NCBI GenBank assembly: GCA_964016885.1
Contig: OZ024741.1
Span: 199,764,001 to 199,828,000 of the forward strand
Reading direction: 5' to 3'
Origin: Eledone cirrhosa
Lineage: Eukaryota
DNA length: 64,000 bases
Under the pieces are notes generated by a model. That model did not search any database, was not told where the DNA came from, and saw nothing but the letters and a program-made list of their open reading frames with translations. Below, in pieces: positions 51,959-62,799 of this stretch (position 1 is its first letter; each line of letters opens with the position of its first letter). The translations under genes were made by a program, and so were the position numbers.

Positions 51959-54900
51959 TCATCATCATCATCATCATCATCAGCGTTTAACGTCCGTGTT
52001 CCACGCTTGCATGGGTTTGGACGGGGGTAGTCCCACTTGAGGCAAGAGTGATTGTCTTGCTCGCATAGGACTGTCTGGCAGGTTTTCTACAGTTGGATGC
52101 CCTTCCTAACACCAACCACATTTACAGTGTGGGTCTGGGAGGTTTTTACCGTGTTGCCTACACGGCCACATTACAGCGTGGACTGTGTGTTTTTTTGTCG
52201 TGACACCTACACGATCTCATTTGTTTCGGCCTCGATGGCGCGGCACCAACATAACTTTACATAGAACGGGGTGGTGTGGATCGGGTGGGGGTGGTGGGAC
52301 GGGGTGTATTTGTTAGAGATGCCTACTGGCTGGAGTAGGTTTTACTATATATTTAGGTAAGGCGGGTCTTCTCTGTTACTGAGTACCGCCAAAGGTCTCG
52401 GTCCAGTGACATTGTCTTGGAGAGGTGTAAGTGTGTGATGTCGGAGTTTATCAGCTCGTCCCAGGTATTTCTAGGTCTGCCTATTCCGTGACTACCGTCT
52501 ATCTTTATTGCCCTGCACTTTGTTATACAGCTATCGACTTTCATGCGCATCACGTGTCCATACCAACGTAGCCTTCTCTCGAGTAAACAACATCTGATCC
52601 CTCTTATCTCTAATTTATTCCTTAGTTCGTTTATGCTTTGCCGTTCACGTATATTACTGTTACACATCCAGCGGAGCATGCAAGCTTCGTTCCTCTCTAG
52701 TCTGCGTATATCCTCTGCACACAATGCCCAGGTCTCACTGCCATGCAGCATTGCTGTTCGTATGCAGGCATCGTACAACCTGCCTTTCATTTTTAGTGAG
52801 AACCCTTTAGCAGCTAATAGTGGTATAAGCTCTCTGAACTTTTTCCAACCAGTTCTGACTCTAGCTACAGTACTTTCAGAGCACCCTCCCCCACTGCTGA
52901 TTTTATCGCCCAGGTAACGGAAGCTGTCCACTATTTCTATAGAACCCTCTGCGCAATTGAAAGAGCTAGTAGTTTGTGGGCACTTGCTGCTACTTATTGC
53001 ACCAGAGCACCGGCCACATGTAAAATCTATGTTCTTAGTTAGCCTACCTGTGATCCCACTACATCTTTTATGCACCCATACTTTGCATTTAGGACATAAA
53101 ATGGAGTTTCTACCTACGCCTTTCCTACACACCGAGCACGACCATTTCCCAGAAGGGACCGCCGCCTTGTTTTCTTTCCTACAAACTAGTACTTTGGTCT
53201 TAGCCAGGTTAATTTTAAGTCCTTTTGACTCTAGGCCGTGCTTCCATGTTTGGAATTTCTTCTCTAGCTCGGCCATTGATTCCGCTATGAGTGTCAGGTC
53301 GTCTGCGTATAGGAGTTCCCATGGGCAGCCTGTCTTGAACTCCTCTGTTATGGCCTGAAGGGCAATAATAAATAGTAGTGGACTGAGAACAGAGCCCTGA
53401 TGGACGCCGACTTTTACGCTAAACTCTTCACTATATTCGTTGTTAATTCTAACCTTGCTGACTGTTTCTTTATACATGGCTTGTATAGCCCTCACAAGCC
53501 ATTCGTCAACGCCTAGTTTTCTAAGAGCCCACCAGATAATGAAGCGGGGGACTCTGTCGAAGGCTTTCTCCAAGTCGACAAAAGCTAAGTAGAGGGGTTT
53601 ACCTTTAGCTAGGTACTTCTCTTGTAGTTGTCGTACTATGAAAAGAGCGTCTGTGGTACTTTTGCCTGACACAAACCCGAACTGCATTTCATCTAGGTCA
53701 ATTCTCTCTCTGATTAGCTGCGCTATTACTCTTTCCGTGACCTTCATGACCTGGTCGATTAATTTAATGCCTCTATAGTTACTCCTATCTAGGGCGTCTC
53801 CTTTACCCTTATAACAGTTAACGATGATGCTGCTATGCCAGTCCTTCGGAACAACCCCGTTTTGTACGACTTGGTTAACTATGCGGGTGACCATGGTGTG
53901 TCCCACCGTGCCAGATGCCTTCAGCATCTCAGCAACTATTTCCGAAGGCCCAGCCGCCTTACCAGTCTTCATATCCTTGATTGCCTTACTTATTATACTC
54001 CCCTCGACTAACACTGCTGGTCCCTCTATTGGGTCGATATGGGGGAGACTGCCTTTCTCCCAATTATTCTCCTCATTTAGAAGCCTTTCATAGTGACACT
54101 TCCAAGCTACCTTCTTATCAGCGTCGGTGATGGCAAGTGTGCCATCGTCGTTTAGTACACACTTCTCCCCGACAATATCACGGTTTTCCTTGACGCATTG
54201 CCTAGCAATCCTGAACACCTCACGTTTTTGGTCATCGCGTTGTAGAACATGCTTGAACTTTCTTTCCTCAGCTTCCCTTCTTGCTAAGTACACTTGTCTC
54301 CTAGCTTCCCTCCTGGCCACTTGATAGTCCTCTCTACTTCCCCCATCCCGCCATACTTTCCAAGCCTGCTTTTTGGCCTTAATTGACCCCTCCACCTTAC
54401 TGTTCCACCACCATGTTACTCTCCTCCTGCCTACAGGCCTGCTCCAGCCACAGACCTCGTCTGTCGCCAACAGCAGGTTTGCTTTCAGAAATTCCCACTC
54501 TCCCTCTATATTGTCCGACTCTAAATGTTCTTCCTTACTGTCGAAAGCATCAAGTAATATGCTTTGAAATTTATTCCTGGCTGTGGGGTCCTTTAACTTC
54601 CATATTTTCCTCCTGAGGATAGTCCTCTTCTGTTGTCGAGTACGTCTCGTCCTGACTATGAGGTCGCTAATTATCAGTCTATGTTGGGAGGTGCATTCTT
54701 CATGGGGGAGGGATTTAGTGTTAACAACAGACACTCTGTCACGTCTTCTGGTAAGGATATAATCTACCTGGCTTGTGTGTTCCCCGGATCTATAGGTGAT
54801 CAGGTGATTGTCACGTTTTTTGAAGTTAGTGTTACAGATAGTTAGGTTATTTGCATCACAGAATTCCAGGATTCTGGAGCCTTCCTCATTTCTAGTACCA

Positions 54901-55759
54901 AACCCATAGCCTCCATGGATTTCGTCGTAGCCGTCACAATGTTGTCCAACGTGACCATTTAGGTCGCCTGCGATAATTATATAGTCACTGTCGGATATTT
55001 GGGAGGTAGTTAGCATCAGTGTCTCATAGAATCTGTCTTTTATAGTGCCGGGCAGTCCGGATTGGGGTGCGTACGCAGATATTACTGTCACCGTAGTTCT
55101 ATTGAGGACAAGTCGTATTTTAATTATTCTGTCGTTCACTCTATTTACGTCTATTATCTTATCTGCCCACTTTTCTGCTACCATGATTCCTACTCCACCC
55201 AGCCCATCGTCGTTTCCCACCCAGAAAAGCTTATAACAACGTTTTTTACCCTCAATGAACCTAGCAGACCCACCCCTCCACCTGGTCTCTTGAATACAAC
55301 AAACATCGACCTCCTTACGTTCAAGCATTTCTACAACCTCGTTAGCGCGACCCTTTAGGGTGCCTACATTTATGGTACCAACTCTGAAGTTTTGGATTGC
55401 GTTTGGGGGTTGGGGGCGGTGAGGGGCGGGGGGCGATGGTGTTATGTTAGCCGTCCGCGGTCGAAACAATGAGGAGTGCTCGCATTCTCGTCCAAGGGGT
55501 GAATTTGTCTTTATCTTTGGCATTGTCGCTGAGCGTCCAGATTTTTCTCTCTCACCTCCACTCTCCAGGATTCCGCAGTCCATCCATCCATCATATATCG
55601 TATATCGAAAGGCAACCAGGCAAGCGATAGTATAGGCCTCTGGTTTCTGATTGGTCCGCGTAATAATACTGGTGATACGTGGGGGCTGTTTTATGATTGG
55701 TCCACGTAATAGCAATGGTGGTGTGTGGGGGTGGGAGGGAGGGGTGTTGGGTAGCTAGC

Positions 55760-55760
<1 letters not shown>
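51959..55760 (-). mobile_element. Full-length intact RTE LINE (subfamily B)
   Basis: 5' UTR with two CCAAT-containing repeats, a single open ORF, 3' UTR, (GAT)n tail, TA flanks. Confidence 0.97.
52353..55523 (-). CDS. RTE ORF: APE endonuclease, RT with inserted PHD finger (1056 aa from the ATG at 55523)
   Basis: No stops; ATG aligns with the ATG at 617 of copy A; all EN and RT motifs present. Confidence 0.95.
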   Translation of the reverse strand: MPKIKTNSPLGRECEHSSLFRPRTANITPSPPAPHRPQPPNAIQNFRVGTINVGTLKGRANEVVEMLERKEVDVCCIQETRWRGGSARFIEGKKRCYKLFWVGNDDGLGGVGIMVAEKWADKIIDVNRVNDRIIKIRLVLNRTTVTVISAYAPQSGLPGTIKDRFYETLMLTTSQISDSDYIIIAGDLNGHVGQHCDGYDEIHGGYGFGTRNEEGSRILEFCDANNLTICNTNFKKRDNHLITYRSGEHTSQVDYILTRRRDRVSVVNTKSLPHEECTSQHRLIISDLIVRTRRTRQQKRTILRRKIWKLKDPTARNKFQSILLDAFDSKEEHLESDNIEGEWEFLKANLLLATDEVCGWSRPVGRRRVTWWWNSKVEGSIKAKKQAWKVWRDGGSREDYQVARREARRQVYLARREAEERKFKHVLQRDDQKREVFRIARQCVKENRDIVGEKCVLNDDGTLAITDADKKVAWKCHYERLLNEENNWEKGSLPHIDPIEGPAVLVEGSIISKAIKDMKTGKAAGPSEIVAEMLKASGTVGHTMVTRIVNQVVQNGVVPKDWHSSIIVNCYKGKGDALDRSNYRGIKLIDQVMKVTERVIAQLIRERIDLDEMQFGFVSGKSTTDALFIVRQLQEKYLAKGKPLYLAFVDLEKAFDRVPRFIIWWALRKLGVDEWLVRAIQAMYKETVSKVRINNEYSEEFSVKVGVHQGSVLSPLLFIIALQAITEEFKTGCPWELLYADDLTLIAESMAELEKKFQTWKHGLESKGLKINLAKTKVLVCRKENKAAVPSGKWSCSVCRKGVGRNSILCPKCKVWVHKRCSGITGRLTKNIDFTCGRCSGAISSSKCPQTTSSFNCAEGSIEIVDSFRYLGDKISSGGGCSESTVARVRTGWKKFRELIPLLAAKGFSLKMKGRLYDACIRTAMLHGSETWALCAEDIRRLERNEACMLRWMCNSNIRERQSINELRNKLEIRGIRCCLLERRLRWYGHVMRMKVDSCITKCRAIKIDGSHGIGRPRNTWDELINSDITHLHLSKTMSLDRDLWRYSVTEKTRLT

Positions 55761-55812
<52 letters not shown>

Positions 55813-55816
<4 letters not shown>

Positions 55817-56063
55817 CATGGCTTAGTGGTTAGAGCATTGGCCTTGCAATTGAAAGGTTGTGAGTTCAATTCTCAGACCGGGTGATGTGTTGTTTCCTTG
55901 AGCAAGACACTTTATTTCACATTGCTCCAGTTTACTCAGCTGTAGAAATGAGTACCAACCTGCCCGCCCAGCCAGTGGGATGGCGTTATCTTATCGCTAA
56001 AACAGCACGATGTGCTGTGACCAGTGGCGCCCAACAGACTGGTCGGTCAAGGTAATCAAGGTG
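55813..56063 (+). mobile_element. tRNA-derived CORE-type SINE, tail type 1
   Basis: A/B boxes, ccttgagcaagacacttta CORE-like block. Confidence 0.8.
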
Positions 56064-56081
56064 ATATATATATTATATGGA

Positions 56082-56410
56082 GGCACATGGCTTTGTGGTT
56101 AGAGCATTGGCCTTGCAATCGAAAGGTTGTGAGTTCAATTCTCAGACCGGGTGATGTGTTGTTTCCTTGAGCAAGACACTTTATTTCACATTGCTCCAGT
56201 TTACTCAGCTGTAGAAATGAGACTGGGATCCACTGCAAAGTGGTCGTGGAGGTGCTACGGCAAAAAAGCACCCAGCACTCACTGTAAATGAGGTTGTTGT
56301 TACGAAGGGCATCCAACTGTAGAAATCAAGCCAGAATCAGTTCCTGTCCCACCCTTGCAAGCAGGGAAAAAGCGGACGTAAAATGAAATGATAAATGAAA
56401 TGATGATATA
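56082..56410 (+). mobile_element. tRNA-derived CORE-type SINE with RTE-derived 3' tail
   Basis: Same head; tail cactgtaaatgaggttg..gaagggcatccaactgtagaaa matches the RTE 3' UTR. Confidence 0.8.
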
Positions 56411-56910
56411 TCACAAGGAAATTGGACATTAAATGATGATGAGGATGATATATGGCTTAATTATTTTACTATTTCATTGGAAGCTTACAATTGGAGTTTG
56501 AAAATTATGGGTGAGAGTTTGTATGTTTGGGTTGTTATTTGGTTTAACTCAAGTTGTTTCTCTATTTTTGCATATTTTTAGTTTTGGGTTTATCATTCTT
56601 AGTAAAGTTGATTCATTAATTCATGTAATCCACAGATCTAACAAACAGCATATGATTAAAATACATGAAACAAAGTTAGTATAATTAAGTTAAATGTCAA
56701 GGGACAGATGGGTAATAAACAAGAGCTTTGTGGTAAGAAAATCATTCTTTTAATATTAACAAATTTGTGACCATTTTGAACATAGGTATGATTAATTTTA
56801 TGGGGTGTGCTTGGAAGGTTTTTAATGGCAAAGACCTAGTAATCTTTAGGGAAACTTAGATAAAATATAAAAAGCACATAATCGATCAATTAAAAGGTGT
56901 AGTATTCCAT

Positions 56911-57017
56911 TTATACAGGTAACAAGTTCTGAAGGTCAGCGACAACATAAGATACTACTGCCCACACTGCAGCACACAAGTTCATTTGGTGAGGATCTTG
57001 CACAGTTATTGTATCTC
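56911..57017 (-). CDS. CPQ: Carboxypeptidase Q (M28), last coding exon
   Basis: tgcag|(G)DTITVQDPHQMNLCAAVWAVVSYVVADLQNLLPV*; matches the CPQ C-terminus DTMTVMDP.QMN.AAAVWAVVSYVVAD. Confidence 0.95.
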
Positions 57018-57603
57018 CTGCATCATATGAAAAGAAATAATTTAATATGAGTAATCTTTTGAAAAAATTAAAAAAATGGGGACAGGACATAAGAACATAA
57101 GATAAGTTGTCTTAATTCTTTTCTTGTTGTTTTATAGATTAATAATTAAATTGAGAAGGAAGGAGGGATGAAACACAAGCCTAGCAACCTTACCTCAATT
57201 TCTCAAAATAGCTACAGAAGCAATGAATGTTGCCCAATACTTCATAGGGAGAAAAAGGAACTAAAGAAGGAAATAAGATTGTTGCTATTTAGCTGCAAGT
57301 CAGTCATAACAAAGATCTATGATCAAAAGAATTCCAGCAATGAATGCCTTATTTTTTCCTATTCTATATTATCCAATGTGTGTGTGTGTATTTAAGATAG
57401 TAAATTGTAAGATTTGGTTGAAATTTCTAGTAGAGGCTCCCTTGTTGGTTCATGAACTACTTATTTGTTAAGATAGTAAATTTGTTAAGATAGTAAATTG
57501 TAAATTTGTTAAGATAGTAAATTTGTTAAGATAGTAAATTGTAAGATTTGGTTGAAATTTCTAGTAGAAGCTCCCTTGTTGGTTCATGAACTACTTATTT
57601 GTT

Positions 57604-58040
57604 AAAGTTATATCTGTATAAATAGAGAATAGGAGTAACCGAGACTGTGTAATTGTACATACAAATTTACACATTTTTAGTATATAGACAGGTGAAAATG
57701 TCAAATGTCAAATTAAGCTTAGTTAGGCCTTTATTATATACTTTGACTGGTTAGCACACCCTAAGATATATCTTAACTACAAATTTGAATGCTAATAATA
57801 TGCAAATTAGTATCTCCATTTAAGTGATAGGGTATATAAACCCCTTGATTACGCATTTCCTTGTGGTTATCTAAAAGATATAGATGCCCTCTGATGAAGG
57901 CCTAACTAAGCTTGAACCAATTAAAAGTGTTTATCATTTTTTTCAATTTACAAGGAAATACATGAAAATGCATAAATTTATATACACACACATTTACACA
58001 GTCTCTGGTGCCTCTATTCTGTATATATAGATATAACTTT
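57604..58040. repeat. Old degenerate inverted-repeat PLE remnant
   Basis: ~75-bp imperfect arms; CTGATGAaggcc..agcttGAAc at ~57892. Confidence 0.55.
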
Positions 58041-58880
58041 ATCATATATTTCAGCTGCATAGCACATAACTTGATATATTTGTTGTTTAGCTCCAAATGA
58101 GACCTGATTGAGCAGATCTGTGTTTAGCCTGTTTGATACCCTGGTTTTATGAGACAAAATCGCTGTCGCCATCGCTGTCACCACTGTCATCAGCAGCAGC
58201 AGCCAGAATTCTCTCACCACTTTCTGTTCAAACCAGTTGTAAACATCCACTCATACAAACATTAAAGTATTGTTCTTAAAATAAATAATATCAAAATCTC
58301 ATAGATTCAATATTATGTGAGATAATTATGTGAGGTAAAGCTTTTACCGTGAAAATACAATAATAAATATAGAATAATGTAAATGCTGAAGGGTTGTTAT
58401 TTTCCAAACACTAACTTAACAATGAAAAAGTTAATTATATTACTAGATCCCTCCAAATTTTTGATTATTTGAGAATTATATGCAGTGTTTTTCATTGGTA
58501 AAATAATAACAAAAGAGTTAAAGGTTTTCAATGGGTAACCATCCTACCATTTTATAAATCTATGACTACACAGTCCAATGTATCCTTCCTTTTCCAAAAT
58601 GGTAGAATGTTAATTGAAGGATATTGGGTGCTATTTCCAGCAGGCTTCAGTAACTGTGTAGATGTTCTCTCATTAGCTCCTTATAAACTACTTTTGTTTT
58701 TATGGTCTGTATGTGTGTGTATGCATACATTTTTTAATTCTTTGGTTTGTTTTAGTCATTATAAGAAAGGCTATGCTGGAATACCGTCTATATACAATTG
58801 TTAGAGAGAGAGTGAGAGAAGCAGACAGATATCCAAATAGACACAAGAGAAATGTGAAATCTGAAAAATCATGTCAATGC

Positions 58881-58911
<31 letters not shown>

Positions 58912-58938
58912 TATATTTATTTATTTATTTATTTATTT

Positions 58939-59021
<83 letters not shown>

Positions 59022-59479
59022 AAATTGTTGCAGGAATTTCACTGGAGATTAGCAAAATTTAATATGCATGGGGGGAGGGGATACGAGCCCACTCGGGGTT
59101 AAAAATTAATAGGCAGAGGGGGACAATTATTCGAGACCCAAAAGTATGTGTATGCATTAAAAAAACACAAGATAGACAAATAAATGAATAAACAAAATTT
59201 CCTAATAAATGTACATTACAATATTTGTTTCACATTAACAAACATTCTACATGACCAAATAAGTACATTACTGGAAATCTCACCCATTATAAAATAAATA
59301 GGATGGGTTGGAGTCTCAATATATTAAGTAAACAACCAATTCTGGTTTTTAAAAACATCAATGGAGATAACCTAGAAAAATTACCGATTTTCCGACTCCA
59401 CTGCTTATTCCACACACACCCTATTATTTGGGACCCAAGAGTACAATTAACATAGAAAATCGATAATAACAATAAAAAT

Positions 59480-60540
59480 TTTAGTCAGAAAGAGAAAAAT
59501 AGAAAAGCCATGCATAGTTCCACACTTAAATCCTACAACAGGAAATGCTGATGTTTCATCCTCCTCAGCACCATTTTATACTTCAGCAAGGTGAACAACC
59601 AACAATAACAAAAACTGTGGGAAGCAGCTCAGCTCCCCTCAATATCTCAAATGTTAAAGGTTAAGAAATATAATTTACCAACAAGTTAAAGTAACTTCTA
59701 TTCAGTTATAGATACAGTAATCCTCTTACATCATCTACAGCATTTAAGATATGCAACGGAGTAAAAGAATTATCAACAGGTGTCCTATATGAGGTATCTT
59801 CCTGTATCCCAAGGAAAAAAGTAAGTCTATTAAACCTCTTCTCATCAACCCCGTACAATCCAATTGGCTTCAGAATTAAGAAGATATTAACTCTGACTAG
59901 GACTTATTTTATAATTAAAATCAATTCAGTGTGGTAAGCAAAGAGATCTGAATTCATTCAACATGACAATCCATAAACACAAGAGGCTTGCTACATTGAC
60001 ACTTCAATTCCACACTTATATTGGCTCCAACTCTGAAGTGATAGAGAAGTAAACTTCATCTGGACAGATGAGCCACTGATGTTTGCTTTAGATAAACCCA
60101 ATCTTTAGAAAATTTGATTCTTACAGACAAGCAACACCTTCAATATCGATCAGAATAAAGTGCTATAGAGTAATCTTCCCCTGCAGGTGCATTTTGTCGC
60201 TTCGAAAACCCTTTGTCAAAAAATACTATGTCAAAGGTTATTTCTGGTATTTTAAACTGGTAACAGCATACTTTCAATTTAGAACAAGGCTGAACTTTCG
60301 TTTTCCAACGCCATTTTTAATTTTTCTTCATTCAACATGTGTGTGTAACCAGTTGTAGATGAAGAAGTTTGTTTGGATTTTTGAATATGTAAGTCACACA
60401 TTTGCAATTTTTTGGTTTTGTGTTTTTTTGTTTGTTTTTCAACGATAAAAGATACATGCAGAACATAATCCATTGCATCAAAATATTGCTCATGCATTCC
60501 TTTATTAACATTTAAAAAATCAAGTCTGTGCATAGAATAC
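59480..60540 (-). pseudogene. Highly degraded coding relic, possibly Mutator-like transposase
   Basis: Fragments LKCQCSKP..YGLSC (SWIM-like) and PLHILNAVDDVRG (OTU-like); many stops. Confidence 0.3.
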
Positions 60541-61403
60541 AAAGAAAGTTATAATAATTTAAAACAGAGCATGCTTACATTTTTTGCTACCCTCAAAATA
60601 ATGCAGTGTCAGGGGAAACAATTCAAAAAAATTACTAGCACACTAAAGGTTAATAAGAAAGAGGGTTGAAAATATATTTAGATTGTAGGGTTCCAAAATC
60701 ACCTGATTCAATTCTTCTTTCTCTGGAACTAACAAACATAGTAGTAGAGCTTCATTCACTTCCCTGTTAGAACTAGTTTATATTGGAAAAGAGAGGATGT
60801 TGCCAACCAAAGATGAAAAAGCATGGATGGAACAAAATGAAACAAAGGGTAGATAGAAAAGAGCATTTAGATAAACCTAGAGCTCCAAATTACTTGTACA
60901 ATGCAACAGAGTAGGTTTAAAATTGATCAAACTTTTGAGTTTCTCATAGATTAAGTCAACAAAAATCTATATGAGTGACTACTTATAAGGATGTGTAACT
61001 TAGGGGGTCAACAAATAATTCCTAAGAATAATGAAAAAATCTTGATGGGGGCTTAAATACATCAATGTTTTTAAAGAGATTGATATTGTGGAAATGGATC
61101 ATTTCTAACCGTTAACTTGAAGGCTCTTATGACTAAGTTCTTGATATGGCAGATTTGGATTTATGAACACTAGATTAGTATTCAGCATCTAAACATTTCA
61201 ACCTTCAACTATATAACATATCACACATGACAATATTTCAACTCTTTAGATGTGTAAAATCTTGACCAAGAAGTTGATTTCTGATTATTTATTCACTCTA
61301 ATAAGCTAGGTTATTAGCTTATGTTTTTTAATGTGATTCTAAAAAATATTCAGCTAATTCCTTTTTCAAATACTTATTTGTTGCTCTTGAAATAGATTCT
61401 TAC

Positions 61404-61583
61404 CATTTGTATGATGAAAATAGAAGTATTTTTCGTTTTTGTTCATCAAAGAAGCTCCGGGAACTTTTTCCTTCACCCAAAATCTGATATCTCCAGAGAC
61501 ATTGCTAAAAGTTAGCTGACTGGCATTAATAGACTTTAATAAAAGGAGTATTTTTTCCATTATCATTCCTGCTTCTTGAGTCC
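61404..61583 (-). CDS. CPQ: Carboxypeptidase Q, penultimate coding exon (180 bp)
   Basis: tacag|GTQEAGMIMEKILLLLKSINASQL..DIRFWVKEKVPGASL..KYFYFHHTNG|gtaaga; phase-compatible with the last exon. Confidence 0.95.
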
Positions 61584-61629
61584 CTGTAAAGAAATAAAGA
61601 TTGCTATAGTCCAATAATATAGAGAGGTG

Positions 61630-61796
61630 TATCATCATCATCATCATCGTTTAACATCCATCTTCCATGCTAGCATGGGTCTGGACGGGAATTGTTCCAC
61701 TTGAGGAAAGATTGGTTGTCTTGCTCGGAACTGTCTGGCGGGTTTTCTACAGCTGGATGCCCTTCCTAACACCAACCACGTTTACAGTGTGGACTG
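61630..61796 (-). mobile_element. Short RTE 3'-end module (also at 25809-25981 and 26897-27063)
   Basis: (CAT)n-cgtttaac..ggatgcccttcctaacaccaaccac..tacagtgtggac. Confidence 0.85.
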
Positions 61797-62540
61797 TATG
61801 GCCTAGTGATTAGAGTGTTGGACTAACAATCATAATATCATGGGTTCAATTCCAGAACTGGGTGGTACATTGTGCTCTTGAGCAAAGCATTTACCGTATA
61901 TACTTGAATATAAGCTGGCTTCTATTCTATGTCTGAGAAATAGGCAAAAATCCAAACCCTGTTTATAAGCTGGGGCAGGTAATCAATATATTATGTTTAT
62001 ATGGTCTGGTTTTTAAATTCTCAAGAATAGAGATAATTTTGATATTTGAAATGTTTTAAGTGTCAATTACAGTATAGTTTTTGTTTTACAATTCCATTAA
62101 AAATGATTTTTTACCAATTCCCAACCATTTTGAAGGCCATATTCATTCAAAACATATCAAAACAATAGAAAATAATAATTTCCTGACAAAAGTGAAACCG
62201 GTGTAATATTCACTTTTAAAGTGAAAATGTTGTAATATTTACCACCAAAACGAAAATATTTTAGCACCTTGTTTATATAGAAGTCGGGGAAAAATCTGAC
62301 AAATTTTTACATCAAATATAAGCTGAACCCCGCTTTTACTATCGAGTTTTGGGCACATATTTCTCAGCTTATACATGAGTATACATAGTATACTCATGTA
62401 TAAATAAGTACTACAAAAGATGGGGTTAACCCTATGATGGACTGACACCCAGTCTTTGTGGAGCCTTGTAAGCTCAGTCACTTAACACTGATGAAATTGG
62501 GGTAAGCACCGTCCTGATGCACTTCTGGGCTTGGGGAAAA
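61797..62540 (+). mobile_element. SINE interrupted by a pogo/Tigger-like MITE (61894-62388)
   Basis: tRNA head at 61797-61890; TIR ccgtatatacttgaatataagctg / cagcttatacatgagtatacatag with TA flanks; SINE 3' part aaccctatgatggact. Confidence 0.65.
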
Positions 62541-62799
62541 AGAAAAAGTTACTGTCCAATAGTATTTGGTTAAAATCTTGCATTCAGAGTTAAAATCTAC
62601 AACTGATAAATACTAAAAGTTAAGAGTGCAAGGAGCAAACAATAGCTAAAAATATGCTCTTTGAGGAAACAGTTATGAATGACCCAAATCTTGATTTATT
62701 TATTCAATTCAAGGTAAAGAATTTTGAGTAAAATTTTCTATTCATTGTTAAATTAACTAAGACAAAAAGAATTTATCTATAATAAACAGCAATAACACT

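Noticed and set aside
52543-55358. Many plus-strand ORFs opposite the RTE (and minus-strand ORFs opposite 617-6248)
   Set aside because: Antisense shadows of the TE coding frame
55524-55715. N-terminal extension of the 1120-aa RTE ORF
   Set aside because: Starts at a non-ATG codon in the 5' UTR and is not conserved in copy A
55813-55880. tRNA gene
   Set aside because: No acceptor stem; continues into a CORE-like SINE body and has multiple copies
57393-57605. Repeat-spacer pattern resembling CRISPR
   Set aside because: Local tandem duplication with 17-bp slippage units; no unique spacers or cas genes; eukaryotic context
58149-58224. Exon-like stretch ESGERILAAAADDSGDSDGDSDFVS* inside the CPQ intron
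   Set aside because: Weak acceptor, simple-repeat-like sequence, no homology recognised; the true CPQ last exon is at 56911-57017
58549-58680. Possible minus-strand cassette exon in the CPQ intron
   Set aside because: Stops in all frames before the donor and no recognisable homology
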